Notes under the pieces: model-generated
What the model saw: only the letters and a program-made list of their open reading frames with translations
Told to the model about the DNA's origin: nothing
Databases searched by the model: none
In this document: in pieces, positions 1-13,559 of the stretch
Layout of the letters: each line of letters opens with the position of its first letter
How positions within the stretch are numbered: position 1 is the first letter of the stretch
Position numbers and translations under genes: made by a program
From: Carcharhinus longimanus
Lineage: Eukaryota
NCBI GenBank assembly: GCA_030264375.1
Contig: JASCQW010000001.1
Span: 112,953,528-113,017,527 of the forward strand
DNA: 64,000 nucleotides
Direction: 5' to 3'

Positions 1-1790
1 GACAGAACTTACAGAAAACCAATTGGACAAAATACAGTGAATATCTCAACAATTCCACTATGAAGCAGCACAGTTAATGAAGCATGCAACAATGATGCCA
101 TCTACAAAGCAGCCTGCACAGGAATTCCCCGAGGCTACCAACCCATCTACATCCCATGCTTAGATACAGAGGGCTGCCCTTCTGAAAACATTTGAAGCAT
201 CAGGAGACCCAGAGTTGGAGACCATCTGATGACTCTCTCAATGCCACACTCTGCACCAAGGGGGAGGAAATTGCAGCAGAGCTAAACTTCACATACTCCA
301 ACAGGAAATGCTCAGTCTAACCTATTGCTTGGAGCAACCCAAAAGCTACCCACTCAAAACTGCTCCTCAGTTACTCCCAGCCATGTCTCCAGTTAGGAAA
401 AATTGAAGACTGGTGCTGTGTTCCTTGACTTCACAGCCACCCACAATAAGGTTTGGCACACTGGCCTCCTCCTGAAGTTATCATGGGCCCTCCCCTGCCC
501 AGGTGACTAAAAGCATCAGAACACTGTTGAACAAAGATTCAGAGTTCACCTTGACTGCCAAAAAGTATGTGGAAAAGACAAACCAATGGACTTCCCCAAG
601 AAATAACCTGCCTAAAAATAACTCCTGAAAATTCATACATGCCAATGACATCTGCCTCACAGCTCAAGTCCCCTGACTTTGACACTTTGGATTGGACCCT
701 AAATGAGGACTTGTCAAAACTTGAACAATGCTGTGACACATGGAAAATCAAGCTAAACCCTGCAAAGACAAAGACAGTGTCCAGCTTATTCATTCTTCAC
801 AATGCAAAAGCCAATAAAGAACTCAACATCAAAATGAATGGCTACAGGTTAAATCACCACCCAACTCCAACGTACTTCACCCTAGATAGGACACTGACCT
901 TCCAGGAACAAAATCAAGCATATCTACTGAGCCTATTTGGTCAAAATTGACACACAGTTGACACCCAGCTGATCGCTACCATGAATATCACCACTAGAAT
1001 ACTACGATCAACACCATATCCTTGGCTCCATCTTGGCATACATCACTCCTCCGCATTCCATTGACTTGCAACAACCCACAAAATGATAGAAAAAATTTGC
1101 AATGCCCCCCACCTACCACTTCATGCCGATTTATTTAGCCCACCCAAGGTACAACTCCCAAAAAGGCTGATCTGCAAAAAAAACCTTCCACACAGGACTT
1201 CCTGGACAATAAATGGGAATCATTGGATACTTGGTCTCAAATCCAACTCAACAGCTGCCTGGTTTCAAACTTCCAAGGAAAGAACGGTCTACCCTCAATA
1301 GGTTCAGGACCAACTACGGCCCCTGCTTGGCCAAACTCCACAGATGGGGTATTAATGCCAGCCCCCTCTATACATGCATCAACGATGTGGAGATGCCGGC
1401 GTTGGACTGGGGTAAATACAGTAAGAAGTCTCACAACACCAGGTTAAAGTCCAACCAGTTNNNNNNNNNNNNNNNNNNNNNNNNNNNNNNNNNNNNNNNN
1501 NNNNNNNNNNNNNNNNNNNNNNNNNNNNNNNNNNNNNNNNNNNNNNNNNNNNNNNNNNNNNNNNNNNNNNNNNNNNNNNNNNNNNNNNNNNNNNNNNNNN
1601 NNNNNNNNNNNNNNNNNGACTTTAACCTGGTGTTGCGAGACTTCTTACTGTGCCTGTGTCAACAACAGACTATGCACCGTGTCAAAGAAGAGGGCCCAAT
1701 CCACAGAATTAGTGGAATCCTTTCCACACACTCAATCAAAAGAAACTACTTGGCTTAGGGGCTTAGTGTTTGTGAATTATTTAATATGTC
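1..1790 (+). mobile_element. Decayed non-LTR retrotransposon ORF2 (RT and C-terminal region), Daphne/L2-group-like
   Basis: Frameshifted RT fragments: WKIKLNPAKTKTVSSLFILHNAKANKELNIKMNG..PTYFTLDRTLTF (ORF 567-950) and PGFKLPRKERSTLNRFRTNYGPCLAKLHRWG..QQTMH (ORF 1213-1758). The clade assignment is from recalled motifs and is tentative. Confidence 0.75.
1384..1652 (-). mobile_element. Penelope-derived fold-back mini-element (family 1), nested in the LINE; centre is an N gap
   Basis: GATGTGGAGATGCCGGCGTTGGACTGGGGTAAATACAGTAAGAAGTCTCACAACACCAGGTTAAAGTCC on the left; the inverted arm GACTTTAACCTGGTGTTGCGAGACTTCTTACTG on the right. Confidence 0.85.
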
Positions 1791-4700
1791 AGAAAAAAGT
1801 TGCAATTATATATTACATTCAGCATAGCAAATCCTCCCCAAGTGCTCAATTCACAGATGCAGTAAACAAAATTTGACTGCAAGTCACAGAAAGAGACGTT
1901 AGGATAGGTGGTCAAAAGTTTGGCTAAAGAAGTAGGTTTTAACTTTTTAAGAGTAAGGTAGAACTTAAAGGCTGAGGCAGCTGAACGCACACCTACGAAT
2001 AAGTAGCATGATAAAAGTTGAGATGTGGAAGAGGCATGTCTGCAATCTTCCCAGTTCTTGGAGACAATTTTGGAGGTGTGGGAAATGTGGATAATTGTAC
2101 ATCAGATCAGTCCCTGATCCATTCCCACCTCCATGTGTTTTCAGCAGGGATGAGCAGTAACTGGGGAGACTTAGAGTGATTACAACACCAAGTATTGTGA
2201 ATTTATCCATTGCAACAAAATCCTAAAAATGACCATGAGTTCACTGCCAAGTCTGTCCCTCAGCAGATGAGGGAATGTTGATTCACAGAAGTCAGTGCTG
2301 AATCGTTCACTGGCAGAAAATGGTGAGGCTGCTGNNNNNNNNNNNNNNNNNNNNNNNNNNNNNNNNNNTCTCCATGATTCTATTAGTCACATCATTTGCT
2401 CCATAGACACAACTGACTGCTGCAGTGCCTACCCTGCACTGCATCAGCCTGACCACCACCAGCAGTACTCCTACAGATGTCAGTGGGGATTACCAGACTC
2501 TACTGGAATGTGACATCCCACGCTTGCACCTCCAGAATGCACCCATCATCTGCAACTGGATAGCAAAAACAGAGGCAGTTTCTTAATAGGCCAGGTCCAA
2601 GAAGGTTTCCCACCAGTGCACATCCCACAAGCAGGGTTACAACCCCTCAATTTTCCAAAGCAGGAAAATTACAGGAAATGTGCCCTCTAAGCTGCATGAC
2701 TGCCCAACTGAACAACAACTTGAAAAATCCCAGTGCAGGCCAATAGCAAGTTAATCCCTTTAAATCTCTGCTGTATTTGGACTGCACTGCCAAACAATGA
2801 GACAAATCAGAAAGAATGGGGGGTTGAGAGACATAGTGATGAGACAGAGTTGAGTCGTCGACATACATGTGCAACATGATATCTTTTCAGATGATGTTGC
2901 TAAGAGCAGTATGTAAATATCAAATGGCAGGGAACCAAGAATAGATCCTTTGGGGAAGCAGAGGTTGCAGCGTGGTAGTAAGAGATTTTGATCTGATGGA
3001 GGGATTCAAACCAGTCCCAGCAGCTAGAATTATGCATTTTGCTAGACATTGATGCATGCTTCATAGGTTTGCATTCACAATAAGTAGCTTGCTCATGCTA
3101 AATCTCCATAACATTAAGGAGATCAAGTTTGAAAGTTTAGTTAGCAATGCGTTTTCATCATGCAATGTAATCTTTTGAGGTAACACAGTAGAACAAGAAA
3201 ACTTGGGCTAACACTAATGAAAGGACAACTTAAAATAGATGTCAAGAGGAATTATTTTATGCAGAGTCAATGGTCTTGTAACTAGAATGGAGATGAGAAT
3301 GTTAGATTCACTGAAAATACAATAAGACAAGACCCATCACTGTTGTTAAAAATGCCACATGTTGTAGAACTGACCGCTGGGATTTCAAATTCTCTAGTTA
3401 ATACATTTAGAGGGAGATAGTTGGGGTGGGGATGGTTAGATGGGATTATTTTTCCTATGAGCAAAGATAAATCAAGTCATCTTTCATGTCCATGTTTCTT
3501 GGAGGATCTTATCAATTGGAGACTACTCCATTATTAGCCTCAGAAAAGTACATTCAAAATTTCAGACTTTGCTTCATGGAGATCAATGAGGGAATCATTT
3601 AAAAAAAAACTTGTTGGGAAGAGTTTAGAAACCCAGCCTTTGAAAATAAGATTGCAGAAATCCTGCGTCCCAATGATTCCCCAATCTCCTACTATAGCTT
3701 TGATATAAGTTCAGTGGAAAGCTCAAAATGATTTATGGAAATTACTGTGTTTTTGGGGTTTCCACTGATCATCCACAAAATTGCAGTGGGAAATTGGAAA
3801 ACTCAGTGGTAATTGTATCCCAATGATTATGAGTTTCAAAACATTTGCATAGTTAACAAGATGTTAGTAAAATCTCCAAACTTTGTTCAAACCACATCAT
3901 GTAGATTAGGTCACTTGTATCATTTATTTACAGATAATCAAATCATTGTGTTTTGTAAAAATCCCCACAACCTCATCATTCAACAGGAGAGTGACACCTA
4001 CTTAGTAAAAGTGACTATCAATATACCCGCAGGTCTTTCCAAATTGGCTGCTGACAGATATTAGAAATCCATCTCCTGTGCAATGGTTGTGGGGTATTCA
4101 AGGATTAGAACTTCTGTTTCTAAATTGCTTTAAATTGGTTCTGAAGTTTCAAGACACAATGCTGTTGTTAAAAATGCCCAACATTGTAGAATTAACAGCT
4201 GGGATTTCAATTTCTCCAGTTAACACCAACTACAAATCCCTTGTGCTTTTTTTAAAAACACGGTTATTAATCTATTATATGTTGGTATCAGGTCTCCAGC
4301 GAAATACATCACAAAAAAAAATATATGTTTCACAGGAGGTGAAGGTGGCCGGGGGAAGATGACGCTGAACAGAAATCAAGAGATGACTGAATGACTGATG
4401 AAGCATCAGTTTAAAGAGGTAATTGAAAATGAGAACAATGTAAGTAACGGGAAAAGGAATTGATTCACTTTGTTCATACTGCAGTTTACCAGTAAAAGAT
4501 ATGGACAGAAGAATTCATAATAAAAAAGTGAATTTTCAACTTTTAAGCAAATAGGATATTGTGGGGTGAACCTAAAAAGACCAGGAAACCCAGAAGTAGA
4601 GCACACACATGTCCTGATGAATTTAACCACAGGATCTTGTCTGATTTTTTTTTGCTGCTTCTCAGCAAGTAGTTGGTCAACTGAGATTGGCTGGTTGGCT

Positions 4701-6207
4701 CAGGTAAGTAGTGCTGTACTCGAAAGCCACCACCAAAACCAGAAAGAAGGGAGAAATTAGGGAAAAGACTGGGGGAGGAGGGGGGGGGGGTTAAAATCAC
4801 AGGTCAGCTTGGAGATTATAGAGGGTTAGGGTGGAGAGGAGCATCAGACTAAAGTGGAGTTGCTGGATGTCACGGAGGGAGGCTAATCATGCAAGAGAAG
4901 TGAGGGGGAGGGGCAAAAGAGATAAGGAAGCATTCTTGCTCCTCCTGGTCCACAAGCAGTGACAGTAAAACATTTACTTGCTGGAATCAGCAGTTTTTGC
5001 CTCTCCAGCTGGCTTGCGGCAGTTAAATCTAAATGGTTACTAAAAATCGGAGGAACACAGCCTCATTAATATATTTAAAATGATTGAACTGCCTCTCGAG
5101 AGCAGGTCACTTACTCAACATTAACCACTCTATATAAAGCAGAAGTATGTGTTTTCATGATGGGTTTTGGATTTTTAAGCATTTAACCACATCCACAGTG
5201 GGGTGGTATTGAAATTCCATCTATTATGTTTTATGCCTCTGCAAAGATTATGCTCAACTGAAGAAGATAAACAAAAAAATTTCTTAAAAAGCAAGGCCTG
5301 CCACTGTATATATCATTGCAAAATGAACAGATTAAAAGTTGCCAACTGAATTCCCAGAATAAAGACAATTGTAGTGTTGGAAAATTCTGTTTATAAATAG
5401 AGTAATGACATAACCTACATATTTGTGATCCAATTTCCATTGCGGGTGATTTTATCTTTAGAATCAATAACAAAAAAATGACATTCAGCTTCAGTACAAA
5501 TGCCAAATTTACTTCTGCAACTGCACCTCACACAAAAGAATGGAATTGTTTTAACATTTTGACCCGTAACATATTCGGAGTGGCAATCAGCGGCTGTCAC
5601 TCTATTGCGACTCTTCTGTATCAAACACAGACAGCAACCATCTTTTCTGACCTTCCTGACTTGGGCAGAGTGGAACTGAAGAAGCTTTAAAGCAGGCGAG
5701 TTTAAAGGGAGAAGTTAAGTGAACAGGATGTGGGAGTTTGGACATCAGCAACATGGATCCAGGGTGTACAATGCAAGACACAGTCTGGGTGTTTATAACA
5801 GTTAGAAATGCTTTAATTCCAAATATTTCAGAGTAATTAGGTGTGTACAACTGGCAGAACCATCTGAAGTTATTGATTTAAAATCGTTTTGTTGGATAGT
5901 TCCCAGCACAGTGCAATTACCTTTGGAAGTTAGCCTTTATGTAACCCTCTGCGGGAACTTCCAAGGAGGAATTCCCCAATATATCTTTGGGGTATTCCAA
6001 AATCAGCACTGGAGAGCAAGGAAGTTATGGCCCATTGTTACCCAATGCTACTGTCTACTGACAAGATTGTGCTGGGAAACATTACTCCATTGCACAGAGT
6101 GTAATTCTCAGTTATTTTGTGATTCTTGAGCCAAATTTTAGGGAATTTGTCTATCAAAACTAAGTAAATGTAAATAGTTTGATTACTGTCACTCACTCTT
6201 TACTATA

Positions 6208-7400
6208 CCCAGCAACAACTTGCATTCATATAACAGTTTCAGTAAAATAAAACCTTCCAAGGTGCTTAACAGGAGCATTGTAAGCCAAAATAAGGCAATG
6301 GGGCATGTGGAAAAATCACGTGTCCATGAGAAGATAGAGAGGTTGAGGGTTTTAGGGAGTTAGCATTTGCGAATTAATTTAAATCATGGAATCCATGAGG
6401 CCAAAATTTAAGTAGTGCAGATAGCCTGTTGGATTGTGGGACTGGAGAGGGATGACACCATACAGCAATTTGCAAACAAAAATGAGAATATTAAAATTGA
6501 ACTGTTGCTTAACTGGGAACTAATGAAGGTCAGTGAGCACAAGGGTTGATTAGTATACAAGGACTTAGTGCAGGTTAAGACACGAGCAGCAGAGCTTGAA
6601 AAATCTTAAGCTTATGTGGAGTAAAACATCAAACAGCAGCCAAAATGTTTGGAGAAATGGATGAGGGTTTCAGCAGATCAGTTGAGCAAATCTGAATCAT
6701 GCTACAGATAAATACACAATTTTAGTGATAATGTGAATATGTGGCCACAAAACTATCTCAGAGATTTGACACAGTGGTTAAGCTTCAGAGTTGCCAGGAA
6801 GAGGGATGGAGTCGAAGGATAGGGAAAGGAGTTTTTGCTCAGGAGCTGAAGACAATAACTTCAGTCTTCACAATATCTATTTGGAAAAATGTCTTCTTAT
6901 TCAGTTTTGGATGTCTGACAAGCTGTTCAACAATTTAAAGACATTGGAAGAGTCTAAAACAGTGGTGATCACGTAGGACGTATTTTTGTGACTTTATAAG
7001 CACCATTTTGATACACTGACAGGACTGAAACCTAATTGGAAGGATTCAAACATGGAACATTGGGAAATATGAACATGAAATTGAGAGCCATCAACATGCT
7101 CAAAGAGTTTGGGGATGGGATCAAGATTTTTTTTGAGAAGAGGAATGATGTTGACAGGTTTGAAGGAGAAGCAGACAGTGCCCGAGGAGACTATACTGTT
7201 GTCAATATCAATTAGGATGGGAGCCAGTAAGGGTAACCAAGTGGTCAACAGCTTGGTCAAAATAGGACAAAGGAAGCAGGGCATGAATCTCATGGACAAG
7301 TGGAGCATGTAGAGGGTAAGAGGAAATAACAGAGAAAGAGAAAGGTGCAAGTTTAAGGTAAGTGCAGGGTTTTCTGGAAAAACTTAGAGGATATTTGACC
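6208..7400 (-). mobile_element. Decayed L2-type LINE, 3' portion
   Basis: L2-like 3' end CAACAACTTGCATT..TTCCAAGGTGCTTAACAGG. Minus-strand RT remnant ILIDIDNSIVSSGTVCFSFKPVNIIPLLKKNLDP..FESFQLGF (ORF 6994-7350). Confidence 0.65.
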
Positions 7401-9558
7401 TGGAGGATAACCAAAGGGAGAGATGTGGCAGAGGCAGCTAGTCTCCATCTTAAAATGACAAAGACACTCATAAGCATCCAACAGAAGTATCCATCTTTCA
7501 TTCAGATATGACAGATGACAAATGCTACAAGACGAAAAGCAGAAAGTGACATTGGCTACAATTCTGTACTGTCCCATTAACATACAATTTTATTACAGAT
7601 CCAATATTTTCATGGTGAATCATTAGAAAGCCACATTTAACTGCTCTATTTACTGAAGGAGAAGTGGTTAACCCAGATTGCACTGAATCAATTTTATCTG
7701 AAGTTCAGGGTTCAGTGAAATTTAGGACAACGCACAAGACAGGGTAGTAATAAGTATGCTGAAAACAGGCTTGGATGAACGACAATTTCCTCCAGTTAAA
7801 AACTAACAATACCAAAGCCATATCTACAACTTCTGATAAACTTTTCAGCCTCACCACTGATTTCATCATTGTGGCTCATTACATAAATGATGATTGATTG
7901 GCCCAGGTACTACTGTAACCAGACCACAAAGGATTCTACATCCTTGAGAGAAGGAAAACAAAAAAAAATTCAGGAAATGAGTGAAAAATAAAACAAACAT
8001 GTACTTTTGAATTTCATTTTACTTTAACAGTACCAAAGGTAATGAACCATACAGCTTTGTGCGTTAATGCTCCAGAATTATTTTTTAAATCCATCTTTGC
8101 AATCTTCTGCACTGAAGACATTCATTCTGACACTTCCACAGGCAGTCAGTATTCCAGTGTCCAGCAAAGGGTCAATTCTTAATGCTCTCTCCCAGGTATC
8201 AAATACTAGCATCATAGTCAACTACTGGGTGCATTACAACCAAGTGCAGTTCTGAACTTACAGGAGTCAGGCTCACTTTTTCCTTACCATAGGCCAGAAA
8301 TATTGATGTTCTCAATGCTCCTAGCTGCCTGAAATTCAGAAGCTCTTCTGCACAGATCAGCTTGGATGGGATGAATAGCTTCCCTCATCAGTATGGCTCT
8401 TATGATCACAACACAGATCAGGAATAGAACCTGGCATCTTTGGTATTTACATGTGTCTCCATTCCAGGTAGCAAATTACCAATTGAATCATCACAGAAAA
8501 TTGAAATAAATGAGAAGCACCACTTCTATATAGCTAAATTAATACAAATATGATTACTAGAATAGTTATATAATGTGCAAACATTTCTCATGACAGTTTA
8601 CTGGAAGTGTTTCATATAAAGCATAAAAAGAAAGGTCATTTCCTCATCTTTTAGAAACATGGCATTAAAAGTGAAAAAACCCATAAACACTTGCATATAA
8701 ATTTGTGCTAAAGTTGACCTCATCGCNNNNNNNNNNNNNNNNNNNNNNNNNNNNNNNNNNNNNNNNNNNNNNNNNNNNNNNNNNNNNNNNNNNNNNNNNN
8801 NNNNNNNNNNNNNNNNNNNNNNNNNNCGCCTATATTTAAGGAATGGAAAAATCAGAATGGGTAACTTCTGGTGAAAAGAACCTTTAAAATTTCAAACTGA
8901 ATCCAATTCATGGTACCCACAAGTGATACAGATAAGATTCAAGCTGACAAGGCATCCCATCTTGGGCATGACCTAACGCTTCACCTTAGCCAAAAAGATC
9001 AAAATGGCTTTGAAAAATCCTCAGGTGACACCTTGGTTAAACTTCATCAGCTAACCCTGATTATTGATCTCACAAGCTAGGGTAGAGTCAAAAGGAACGT
9101 ATGAGCTATATTTCCTTTCCCACTATGAATAGTTGAATGTAGCTGACTCTTGAGACCAAGCATTTCATTACCATCAAGTGACTGACCAGCCTGACTGTTG
9201 TAATGTGCCACACCTGACCAAAACTATGGCTTAAATCTCCAAGGAGAAAGTATTTTCTTTTAAATCATGTGAATCCCATACCAAAGAGTTTGTTCCAAGC
9301 ATCTATGATAGACCAATGGATTAATCCAACATCAGCAGCACAGGTCCTGAATGGTTATCTTCCTGTCTGCAATAAATTTCAACCCCCACCTAGGACTACC
9401 AGGTCTGTATGGCTATCATGTTTATTAAGCTACCTGGATGCAAACTTATGGTTTTATTCTTTGAACCTGGATTGATTTCCCTTCATATCACCCACTGTTC
9501 CTCACCCAATAAAGCAACCACATAACCTACCCTCATATTTTTGGTAGCATTATACATA

Positions 9559-9746
9559 GTAAGAAGTCTCACAACACCAGGTTAGAGTCCAACAGGTTTA
9601 TTTGGTAATAAATGCCATTAGCTTTCGGAGCGCTGCTCCTTCATCAGGTGAGTGGCTCACTACCAAATAAACCCGTTGGAATTTAACCTGGTGTTGAGAG
9701 ACTTCTTACTGTGTTTACCCCAGTCCAACGCCGACATCTCCACATC
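9559..9746 (+). mobile_element. Penelope-derived fold-back mini-element (family 1) with 13-bp TSD
   Basis: Inverted arm 9559-9653, followed by an internally deleted direct arm ending CCCCAGTCCAACGCCGACATCTCCACATC. AGCATTATACATA is duplicated at 9546-9558 and 9747-9759. Confidence 0.9.
9614..9653 (-). ncRNA. Minimal type-I hammerhead ribozyme motif (PLE-type)
   Basis: Minus strand ACUCAC-CUGAUGA-A-GGAGC-AGC-GCUCC-GAAA-GC-UA-AUGGC. Core intact, 5-bp stem II, palindromic AGCU in place of stem III. The first stem-I pair is mismatched. Confidence 0.65.
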
Positions 9747-11248
9747 AGCATTATACATAAGCAGGTTAGAACACAGTGAATTGGAGCATTTTGGTTATTT
9801 ACCTTCCAAACTTAGGCAGCATATTAAAACATTATAAAAACATTGCACAGGGAACTGTGCAACTGAGATGCATTGTCAAGCTGCCTTCTTCTTTCAAATG
9901 ACGGGGTGAGATGGATAAATGGAGGTTTGTATGGAGCATTACTATCAGAACAATCGAGCCAATGGTCAGTTTCTGAGCTGTACTTCTACATGAATACATC
10001 AATTATCCACTTATTCTGTAGCTTACACACGCAGTTTTTAAGTGTCACATCAACTGTGTGTGTTTACTCTTTGATGGACAATGAATTAATATATTATGTT
10101 GGGCACTGGGCCACCCAGACTAGGAAAGTGTCATGTTCAACGAGTGAAGGCACTTTCATGACTTCAGTGTTCTATGCTGGAAGAGAACATCATGTTGGGG
10201 AACGATGGAGTACCTAATACTTGAATAGCCCAACAAAGCTTACATGTGAAAAGTGGACTTTTGACTGATTTTGGGTGACTGGTATCTAGAATCATAATTT
10301 TGCCTAATCTAGTGGCTTTAGGAAAGGCAGAAAGAAAATTAAAAGTAAACATTTTCCTGACACACTTGAACAGATTTTAGAGGTGTAAGCGGTTATGACT
10401 GAAAGAGCTGACTAATAAAATTTGCATCCTGACTCCAATTTAAAACTGCATCCCATTGAACTCTTTATTCACAACAAAGTGCTTGGTGCTCATGATCACT
10501 CAATCTTCATCCCTGCTTCCTCAGAAGTTTTCAACAAATATAACAAAGATTCAATTCCATTTTTCAACTGTGCAATGCTTAGAAAACTCTTGTTGCCAGA
10601 GTGCCATTTACAGGGAAAAGGTGGGTCAGACAAAGCCACTTTTACACAAACCCTCTTAAAATCAGAGTTTAGTAGGATATCGCAAATAAAAGATAACTAA
10701 GTAACTCCCAAAAAACAGAACTGAAGTGTCCAAATGTTTTTTTTCACTTTATTAGAATAAATGTTAAGGTAAATAAAACCAACATCTAATGAGCATTCAT
10801 GCAAATAATGTGTCAACAAGATACACCCATTCACCTACAAACTAAACACATAAATTGCACTGCTTCAATTAGAGTTCGCCACAGAAATGTTTGACATTAA
10901 AAAAGGGATAAGTACTAATTTAAAGTAATTATTTTTAAAAACTTTTTCTCTTGCCAACTTTATCTACCGTTGGAAGCTTGCTTCCAGCACTTACAGTGCA
11001 AGGCTTGGTCACTTTTTATTTCCATTGTCAGCATCAAACACTCTTAATGGGATTCCAATTTTCTACATGAGCTATCAGTACCACCTTTTACTATTCACTT
11101 ATGGAGAATCATATTTAAGTGTCAAAATTAGGAGGCTTTCACTCCCATCCATTTAGGTTTTGATGTAATTCTAGCTCTGCTTATGAAAATTTTAATGGAT
11201 GAAAAATCTTGAAGTATACACTAATTTCCAAGTGTTAGTCATGGGCAA

Positions 11249-11483
11249 TGTTCTGTGCATGTACAAAACGTCAGTAGTGTGTTAGTTATATTTTAATTGT
11301 GTTTAATTGTATGCAGTTGATGAATATTGTTGGAGGCGTGGGGTGCACGTACTCCTATAAATTGGAACAGAAACTGAGATTGTTGGGAGGTGCATGCTTT
11401 GTAATACATATCTGCAAATAAAAGCTTATAAAAAAATTAGTTCCAGTTTTATCTTTCATTACTGGGATTTCTGGAGTAGAACA
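11249..11483 (+). mobile_element. Solo LTR (~235 bp)
   Basis: TGTTCT...AGAACA terminal inverted ends, internal CCTATAAA and AATAAA. No clear TSD. Confidence 0.6.
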
Positions 11484-11789
11484 AGTTTACAATCAACCTC
11501 CACACAAGTCAGTAATGTCAAAAATTGTTTTGTGATGAATATTCCAGTTTCAAACTCCCATGCTGGTATTTACACATTCCTTATAAAATGTGGAGACCAT
11601 TGTACTTCCCTCCAACTTTTTCCTAAAGGATGCAATTCAACTGGGGTGCAGTTCTGAGGAGGCTTGGCACAGAAACATCACATGCAAGGTGAGTGTTGAA
11701 GGCCCTTTCCCTGATAGTGGTAGCAGAGATGAGCCAAATCCTATCCTGATCTAACATCCACACATTCGGAAGGGATTATTGTCTTTTGT

Positions 11790-12065
11790 CCTCCACAACG
11801 CAGACACAACAACTAGCATGAAAAGTGTCACAGGCCAATTCATGGAAGTATAATTAGAAACAAGAAACAAATGAACACCACGCCAAACAAAATATTAAAA
11901 GGGTGACCAAAGTTTGGTCAAAGAGTTGGTTAAAAAAGATCTTTAAAGGAAGCAAGAGAGTTTGGAGACGATTAGAGAGGAGATTCCAGAATATTGAACC
12001 TTTAGATAGTTACCAATGGCATGGTAAAGAGGAGACACTATATACAAAAGACCAGAGTCAGAAAG
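11790..12065 (-). mobile_element. L2 LINE 3' fragment
   Basis: GGGTGACCAAAGTTTGGTCAAAGAG..TTTAAAGGAAGCAAGAGAG..GAGATTCCAGA. Resembles the L2 3' fragments at ~1900, ~6250 and ~48900. Confidence 0.5.
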
Positions 12066-13309
12066 GATTATGATTGTTCATCTTCATTGTTAAGTGTTCA
12101 GGTTCTTCTAATTTGAAGAACACCTTTCACTAAAGTAGATTCCATTTCACAATTCCAGCTGAAAAAAAATCTCAAATCACTTGTATTACCATCTTTTCAG
12201 ACAATACATAGCAGCATTGCATTAATTGAAATGAGACTGCTTAATATACACATCTTTCAACAATGACCCCATGGATTTGAAAACCAACCAACAAATACTG
12301 CTGGCATCAAAAAACATTGCAACGCTGATGTTGAATTAAGATAGTTCCAACCATTGAAGAGAGGATCCTGTTGCAGAGTCGCTCATTACTTTAAAGACCT
12401 TTATGGGATTTTATTGACTTTCAAAAGAATGTTGTTCCAGATTTGTTTTCAGACTTTTCCATTTAATGCTGAAATTGCTCCAAGTTTACTGAGCTAGTTA
12501 CAAAATTAACCCATGAAAAATCTGGTGGATTCATTTAAGTTTGTGTTGTCCTTCCTGATCACCAATTTTTTTCAACTTAATACTGTAGGTACAGGATTAG
12601 GAAAATCTACCCCTATAAAAAGCTTTATGAAGACAGAACCAAAACTTAACACAAGCATTTTCAATGTCAAGTATGACAGATTTTGAGTGGTACTTTTGAC
12701 TTATTGGCAAAATTCCTCTATTCTCAACAAAATGAGCTTGCATTGTTTGTCACTTGTGACACCGTGGAGCTATTTTTAAACAGCTAGAAGTGTTCTGTTG
12801 GGCAGCAGTTATTACATGAGAAATAAACAATGTTGAAAGATTGAAGTATGGGAGAAACTAATTAATCCAAAAGGTATTCTAAATCAACCAAATAATTTGA
12901 CCATGACATTGCACAGAAACCATAAACTAACCCAAAAGGAAAAACAAGTAAAACTTGGGAAATGGTTGGAACTGGTCCAAACTTATCTTCTATACTTTAA
13001 AATGGAACTACAGTTTGGGCCAGTACCAGTCATTTCTCAAGCTTCACTGGTTTTTCCTTCTAGAACATATTCCTCGTTGTTTGTAAACCTAGCTGATAAT
13101 CAATAGAAAATATGACCACAGAAGTATCAGGCATCTGACTCTTGCAGTATACGCAATGGTGTGTGGCTGTCATGAAGGAAGAGTTCAGCATGAGGATGAG
13201 AATAAACCTCCATAATATATAAAAGCAAGGTTTGTACTAACAGCCATTACATGTATGAATACACAAATATTTCATAATAAAAGAATCATTTATACTTCCA
13301 ATAAGGCAA

Positions 13310-13445
13310 ACATTTTGGGTTAATGCCTCATCCGAAAGAGAACATCTCCAATTTCCTCAGTAAGACACAAACATTAGCCCACGTTATGCCCCCGAGTCAT
13401 GAGCCAGACTTAAACTCATAACATCCCCAGGTGAGGTTATAAGTA
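13310..13445 (-). mobile_element. DeuSINE (SacSINE1-like) fragment
   Basis: TTAATGCCTCATCCGAAAGAGAACATCTCCAA..CCTCAGT is the reverse complement of the start of the Deu domain. Confidence 0.5.
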
Positions 13446-13559
13446 CTAAGTCAATGTCAATACTGAAGATTAATCTGGTCCAAATATAACACAAGACTGA
13501 ATAATTTATTTTCCCTTTAACACATTCCCATATCATACCTTCATGCAGCCACTAGCATC

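Noticed and set aside
4406-4571. Minus-strand acceptor TCTTTTTAG followed by a short open frame
   Set aside because: No recognisable product. All frames close quickly or are low-information.
5419-5615. Exon-like open frame on minus (KSRNRVTAADCHSEY..GNWITN) with AG/GT ends
   Set aside because: No resemblance to ankyrin or any protein I recognise. At 197 nt it would frameshift ANK2, and the splice sites are mediocre. Likely chance.
12735-12760. Minus-strand AGTGACAAACAATGCAAGCT, reminiscent of the start of ANK2 exon 2 (SDSNAS)
   Set aside because: Has an extra base, lacks the following FLRAARAG and has no polypyrimidine acceptor.
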